From contig RDEW01000002.1 in the NCBI GenBank assembly GCA_011109175.1, forward strand, positions 934,676 to 998,675: 64,000 bases of DNA, given 5' to 3'. Positions 59,625 to 64,000 of this stretch are shown here, one piece after another; the stretch's first letter is position 1, and every line of letters starts with the position of its first letter. The notes under the pieces were generated by a model. That model was given only the letters and a program-made list of their open reading frames with translations. It searched no databases and had not been told where the DNA came from. The DNA comes from Dicyema japonicum. Taxonomy: Eukaryota > Animalia > Dicyemida. The translations under genes were made by a program, and so were the position numbers.

Positions 59625-61239
59625 TAAATAATTGCATTCATAATAATACTGCATTGCATTGACATTAAATTGATCATAAATACAAGTAATAGAGGAGAGG
59701 AGTAACGACCACAACCTGAATCCATTCTAGTTTTACGGGATTAAATTATTATCAATGCTTATTTAACGCGCTTGTAAACGATTCTTTGAATATATACAAG
59801 TGAGGAGGCAATTAAGGACACGTGCTTTTACAATATTTAAACTAATTTTGAGGGATCATTGACTTGAGGGATACGATCTTATTGGCTGGGATAATATCCC
59901 CCATTCTGGTTATGTCGCAGTGTCTGGTAGAGAATGTCCCCCAGTACTTGTCTACCCCATTATTCTAATCAATATTCAGGGCAATGTCAGGAATGTTTCA
60001 AGAAATTATAGTTTTGGACGTAAAGCATGCTGGAAGTGTTTTCATCGATTTTCGATACTTACCGCTGATGAATTTTTGATCATGTAAAACCTTCCGACTT
60101 TGTTGTCTCCAGTGGACCACATTGATTCTAGAATATTCGACATTGAGGATCACCACAGGTAGAATTGTTCTATGTTATACTTGTGACTAGAGTATTTTCT
60201 GAGGCGGGGACATGAGCTAGAATTTATTAAAGAATAAATAAAATTGATTAAAATTAAATATAACAAAATAATAAATTAATAAACGTGATAGTTGTTGAGA
60301 ATAATTGAGCACAATTCGAAGAATTGCTTCACTTTCACGTGTAGAGGAAATGTTGTTTGGGAAAATAACACCCCGATCGAGTTTCTCCCAAAGGAAGCTT
60401 AATAGCAGTTACTGGGAGAGACCATTTTGTCTAACTAGTGATTCGATCAAGCCCCTGTTTAGTTTAATATTTTATTAAAATGGTACCAGTAAAAACTTCA
60501 TGTATTGATCTGACTAATTAGCTTACTATTTTAGGAAGAGGAATTCAAATTTTAGCACGTGGCCTAAATTATCGGTGATTATTGTTACTCCAAAATAGTC
60601 CAAAATATTTAATTTGATAAACAATAGATTAAATAAAGAAATTGAGGATCTTTTCTCGATCGGTTCACTTGCATGTATTTTCTGTCGAGACAACTAGAGG
60701 TACAAGCAGGAAGTCTTTGTCTTTCATCAAGAGGCAGGGACGTGTGGCTACACACTGAACCATGACGTCTATAAAACAATTGTCTTTGTTGTTACGTGGG
60801 AAGCAATGTGGGGATCAATAGTTAAAACTTAATTGTTCTTGTTTTAAAAATACCAAATAATTATGCTTGACAGAAAATAAGGGATATCAGTGGAGTCTTC
60901 TGGCCCAAGACGATGTCTTTTCTAAGATCGCTTGGGTCAATGATTTCAAAAGTTAGTAATGAGCGTAGGGAAACCGAATAGTTGTTCAAGGATTTCTCTG
61001 GCAGTTTTCATGGGTAACATCCATTCCATCATATCAGTTGGATGCAAGTCGAATTTTCTCTTGATAACTTGTATGTAGCTTATAGCCGGAGATTTAAGAT
61101 AAAAAATAATAAGCAGACTGATGTAATATTGTGTTTCTAACGGGGGATTTAGTGTTTTTGTAATTACATTTGTTGGATTAACTAATAACTCTACTACTTT
61201 CTGAAACTGACCTATGCGTGAGAATAGGAACTAAGCATT

Positions 61240-62110
61240 CAAGGAGTTGCAGTCCAACATGGACACTCCACAAGGAAATTCCTTGTCGCCAATTCTATTC
61301 ATCATATACCTCGTAGCTGCCCTCAGGGAGCTGAGGAAAGATATGGGTTCCAAATACAAAGACAATCGAAATTACTATATGCAGATGATGTAGACTTTGT
61401 GTCTACTGACCAGGAAACACTTGACCAAATTTTACTCCAAGCCAAACTTATTTTGAATAAATGGGATCTGCAAACCACAAAAACTATACACGAATTTGAA
61501 CGAGCAAAATCAAAAAATGATGAATGCTGGAGACATACAAAAACTCGGCTCACTACTAGGTGACGCCGAGGATATTTGTCTAAGGAAAATGCTGACTAAC
61601 ATATACTTCAAAAAATGTACAACATCTGGAGAAGAAGCATGCATCACTGAAACTTCGTGTGAGACTATACGACACGTTTGTTAAGCCAATATTGCTATAC
61701 AATTCCGGAACATGGGGACTTTCGAAAAACGATTTAGAGAAGCTATATTTTTCACAGAAGCCACTGCGAATATTGACTGGAATTCTGGAAAAATCGAAAA
61801 ACTATATACTCTATGTAAATCAGACCAATTAGCATGGACATAATTTTACCGAAATGGGAACTATTTGGACATATTCTTAGACTGGATCCGACTACTCAGT
61901 GTAACAGAATAATGGAAGAATATTTCTACTGCGCCGGAAGTCACGGATTTCAAGGCAGACCAATAAATACACTTCCAATTTGCTTAAAAATGATTACGAA
62001 ACAACAGGTTGTAAAGTGGTGACAGCAGACGATCTGGTCGATGTTAGAATTAGGGCAAGAAACAAGATGGCGTGAGCGAGGATGGCTGTAAAGCATGGCT
62101 CAAGTAAAAC
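61240..62110 (+). mobile_element. Degenerate RTE-like LINE RT/3' fragment (related piece at ~62640-62900, minus strand)
   Basis: TPQGNSLSPILF, LLYADD, LFGHILRL. Confidence 0.75.
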
Positions 62111-63039
62111 CCTTTTATGGCTATGCGAAGGAGCTTTTAACTAACAAATTGGATTAACTACTTTCCGCATTTTTATTAAAAGAGCTTAATTTATCGAAAT
62201 TTTGGTTTAAAGTGAGTAAAACTAAGCTTTTCGCTTTCTCAGACTGGATTATAGCTCAAATTTGTCAGCTCATGTTACTATGAGCCAAATTTCCCTTATG
62301 GTGCCTATCAGGGATTTTACCACGAATTCACATAAACTAAGCATAAACGAAAATACCTAACTCGAAAAGTATTATTCAATATAATGGGGTCCCGAAGAAA
62401 TGTTGCCATAGCTTTTCTACAATCGCGGCTTTACCAATTGTTCTAACGTGGGTTGCAAAAGTGAGAAGAGTATTAGAGAAACAGTCTTCCCATGTGTTAA
62501 ATCAATTTCCTCCTTTGAATAATAAATTTTGTTATAAAATCAATTATATATGGGAATTATTACTATTAGCACTTTCTCGAAAGCCATAATATTTATAGTC
62601 CCTCATGTGCAACCAAAGAAACAATTTTGGATGTCAGTCTCTTCCACGCACCTCTATTCTTAATGCGTACAGGTCATCAGAGGATTTCAATTCTTGTTTT
62701 AGGTTTTAAGTCCCTTTGTTGGACGACTGACAAAGTTATCCTATGTTTTTTACTAAACGGCCCTCATGGCAAACATAGCAGTCTTCCATAGCTCTGTTTG
62801 GTGGGGATGCCAACTCCATCCTCAGGAAATTTCCGAATAACCTCCAACGAGACTTTATTATCTCCAGGCTTATCGGCATACACCCACATTTCTTGTAGAT
62901 CCTTTTGCATAGATCATTATCGGCCAGCACATTCCTGTTATTTTTCCCAGGTGATTCCTGTGGAAGAGCTCTCCACTTCTCGTTTGAGGTACTCCAGTCT
63001 GGGAAATCAAGTAAATTGGCTTTATGATAACGGTTTTTT

Positions 63040-63740
63040 TAACTCCAAAACTACCAAGAAAGATAGGTCAAAACTAACTAATTAGGTGATCCCAGCCTCC
63101 AAAAACATCCGAACTCTCTTCGTATGGTCTTCTGATGACCCAACCGCATTCCAGAAGCGCCTTCTCTTTCTTCTGCGTGCACTTTATTATAACCGACCGA
63201 AATTCCTCTGCATGGGCCACCTTTTCCTTGAAACGGGTTTCCCAGTTCCTCGCAAAAACGCAGGAAACCCTGGCCATTCTTAAACGTCACCTTATCAGAA
63301 ACGAGGCCGCCAATGGAGATGTCAGTGTGGTGCATAATTTTCCGCCTGAGAGTTCAAACGATCAATTCTCGAAGAGGGAATGGGAAATCTCCAGGCGGAG
63401 TAGGAACAATGACTTTTTGGTAGACCTTGTTGACGCAAGCAACAGGGGGAAAAAGCTCTTCTTTATGATCGCCTTTGAAATGTTCCATTTCCGAAGACCC
63501 TTGGCAAGCACCTCCTCCACGAGACTCAAGAACGTCATCAGAAAGTCTAAAACTACCCCAAGGATCTTCTGGGTCGGCGTAGAAGGGATAGAAGTATCTC
63601 CAAAAAACAGTTCGAGTCCATCCTTAAATCTTCTATCAGTAGTGAAAATGGTGAACTGGGATTTAGATGCTGACACAACATATTTGCAGATAGGCATGAT
63701 AACGGTTTTAAACAAATTCGATAAATTAATAAAAACTTGA
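63040..63740 (-). mobile_element. LINE 3' fragment, family C
   Basis: QKILGVVLD; colinear with 55430-55877 and 56553-56590. Confidence 0.85.
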
Positions 63741-63799
63741 AATTCAATTAATCGTATTGAAATTATCAATTAATTTTATTTAATTTGCATATAAAGTCA

Positions 63800-64000
63800 A
63801 AACAGATATTACTGTTGAATGAAGTAACCCAAGGATCCCCATTATCACCAGTGCTTTTCAATTTATACAAAAGTGATATCCCATCTCACTTAAAGAAAAT
63901 TGTCTTTTATCATACGCGACGACATTTCCCTTGCTGCCAGACATCAAGATTATCAAATTCTAACAGAACTGTGCAGGACATGTTACACCATGTATCCACT
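63800..64000 (+). mobile_element. LINE RT fragment running off the window end
   Basis: VTQGSPLSPVLFNLYKSDIP...YA(D)DI. Confidence 0.75.

Noticed and set aside
1-64000. Alternative genetic code (stop reassignment)
   Set aside because: In-frame stops in conserved genes are removed by mini-introns, conserved Trp residues use TGG, and genes end with ordinary TAA or TAG.

Overview
This is AT-rich eukaryotic (animal) nuclear DNA, not prokaryotic. Host genes are split by very short spliceosomal introns (mostly 21-27 nt, GT-AG, one GC-AG) and use the standard code. Tiny introns together with metazoan genes (ankyrin with ZU5/UPA, HIF-alpha-like bHLH-PAS) best fit a dicyemid mesozoan (Dicyema-like); this is an inference. 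Recognisable genes are NELFA, two inverted copies of ABHD11 (one split by a LINE), PTGES2, a highly unusual ankyrin, IGBP1/TAP42, DR1 (NC2-beta), a short HIF-alpha-like factor, an IBR/ZBR-domain gene, BAZ1A/ACF1 and a two-RRM TIA-1-like gene. A large share of the window is transposon-derived: one near full-length intact LINE, CRE- and R4-like RLE retroposons, RTE-like fragments, several SINE families, hAT-like remnants and one intact IS630/Tc1-superfamily DD35E element with tandem-repeat termini. Scattered single-base indels in homopolymers look like assembly errors. The most notable observations are: (1) a ~2.3-2.6 kb near-intronless exon inserting ~870 aa of an unrecognised YD-like repeat between the ANK repeats and ZU5 of ankyrin; (2) a textbook-looking -1 ribosomal frameshift cassette joining LINE ORF1 and an AUG-less ORF2; (3) a DD35E transposon whose TIRs and subterminal region are phased 21-bp arrays; (4) a TIA-1 lacking RRM2 and a HIF-alpha lacking ODD/C-TAD motifs. 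All homology calls come from motif recognition by eye; no database search was run.
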